Source: Lobosporangium transversale (taxonomy: Eukaryota). Taken from it: DNA of 64,000 nucleotides. A model generated the notes under the pieces. That model ran no database searches. It was not told where the DNA came from and was given only the letters and a program-made list of their open reading frames with translations. Every line of letters starts with the position of its first letter. Within the stretch, counting starts at the first letter, position 1. The stretch covers positions 186,001 through 250,000 of the forward strand of contig NW_019029009.1 in NCBI RefSeq assembly GCF_002105155.1, read 5' to 3'. The position numbers and the translations under genes were made by a program. Below are positions 62,815 through 64,000 of this stretch, piece by piece.

Positions 62815-63824
62815 ACCGACCATAAACAGGATGGGTCAAAGCTTGCTTCAGGAGGCGCAGATAATGCGGGACGGATTTTTGATTTAGCTACTGGCCAACC
62901 TTCCCAGTTTGCAAAACACGATGCACCCATCAAAAGCCTGCGCTGGATTGATGGGCCCAACATTGTTGCAACTGGAAGCTGGGACAAATCCATCAAGGTA
63001 ACAAAAAAAAAAAGTACAAGTTCATTTTTAGTAATGAATTTGACATTATTTAAGCCGTTGTTTATTTTAATACAATCTTTCTTTCTTTCTTTTTTTTGCC
63101 TCATAGTACTGGGACCTTCGACAGCAGAATCCTGTTTCGTCGGTGGCATTGAGTGATCGTCTTTACTCTATGGATACACATGGATCATTATTGGTCGCAG
63201 CAATGGCAGACCGTCAAATCACAATGTTCGACATGAGTAACCCTACTGTTCCATTCAGAACCATGGAGAGTCCTCTGAAGATGCAAACTCGTGTTGTCTC
63301 ATGTTTCACAACAGGTGGTGGATTTGCTGTCGGAAGTATTGAAGGACGTGTTGCTATTCAGTATACGGATGTCAAGGATAGCCAGTAAGTCTTCCCTTTC
63401 CTAATTATGGGTCGGCTGGTTACCTCTTATATGTTTTGATGACTAATCATTAAAAAAAAAAAAAAAAAAAAAAAAAACAACTTTCCAATTGTATATTAGA
63501 GGAAATTTCTCTTTCAAATGCCATCGAGATGGGGCGCCTGCAGCTAGGGACTCGTCTGTGTATGCTGTCAATGCAATTTCATTCCACCCTATTTATGGTA
63601 CATTCGCGACAGCCGGCTCGGATGGTGGATTCACGTTTTGGGATAAGGATTCAAAGCAGAAACTCAAAGTATTTAATAAGCAACCAGCGCCAATCTCGAC
63701 TGCTACATTCAACAGGAATGGATCGATTTATGCGTACGCAGTCAGTTATGATTGGAGCAAGGCAAGTGCAGTTCAATGGAAATTAGCTTTTTTTTTTATA
63801 TAATCAGATAGAAATAGCTTACAT

Positions 63825-63858
<34 letters not shown>

Positions 63859-63964
63859 TTTGTTTATGGTTCTGTAGGGTTATACTGGAATGCCAGCAGA
63901 TCACAAGAATGCCATTATGTTGTGTCCAGTACAGGAATCGGACATCAAGCCACGAAAGAAGTAA
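62181..63964 (+). CDS. rae1: mRNA export WD40 protein Rae1/Gle2, multi-exon
   Basis: ATGSWDKSIK, ESPLKMQTR, GSIEGRVAI, FSFKCHR, GTFATAGSDG, YAVSYDWSKG. Confidence 0.96.
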
Positions 63965-64000
63965 AAGTAAAAGCACATGTATACTAGAAACTATGAGCAA

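Overview
Intron-rich, homopolymer- and microsatellite-rich fungal DNA; gene content and the F-box/LRR and nuclease-remnant families suggest Mucoromycota/Mortierellaceae (inference). Housekeeping genes: an atypical G-protein alpha subunit, exportin-T, a GT37-like fucosyltransferase, an F-box/LRR protein, a Tim17-like protein, an ELL-like elongation factor, CK2 alpha, Y14/RBM8A, an Alb1-like protein, PBDC1, proteasome alpha4 and Rae1/Gle2. The main accessory feature is a 7.17 kb TA-flanked IS630-Tc1-mariner transposon (2936-10103). It has an intact DD88E transposase, a PD-(D/E)XK nuclease-like cargo gene and very long TIRs (1351 and 1539 bp). The TIRs contain an array of 188-bp units that fold into a covarying RNA-like structure, each followed by a T-tract. 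Other accessory structure: a 6.3 kb palindrome whose ~1.67 kb arms each carry an identical secreted cysteine-rich protein gene, several decayed nuclease-like genes, two related hairpins with a conserved loop and covarying stems, and a probable decayed Fanzor/TnpB C-terminus. All family assignments are by eye and need profile searches.
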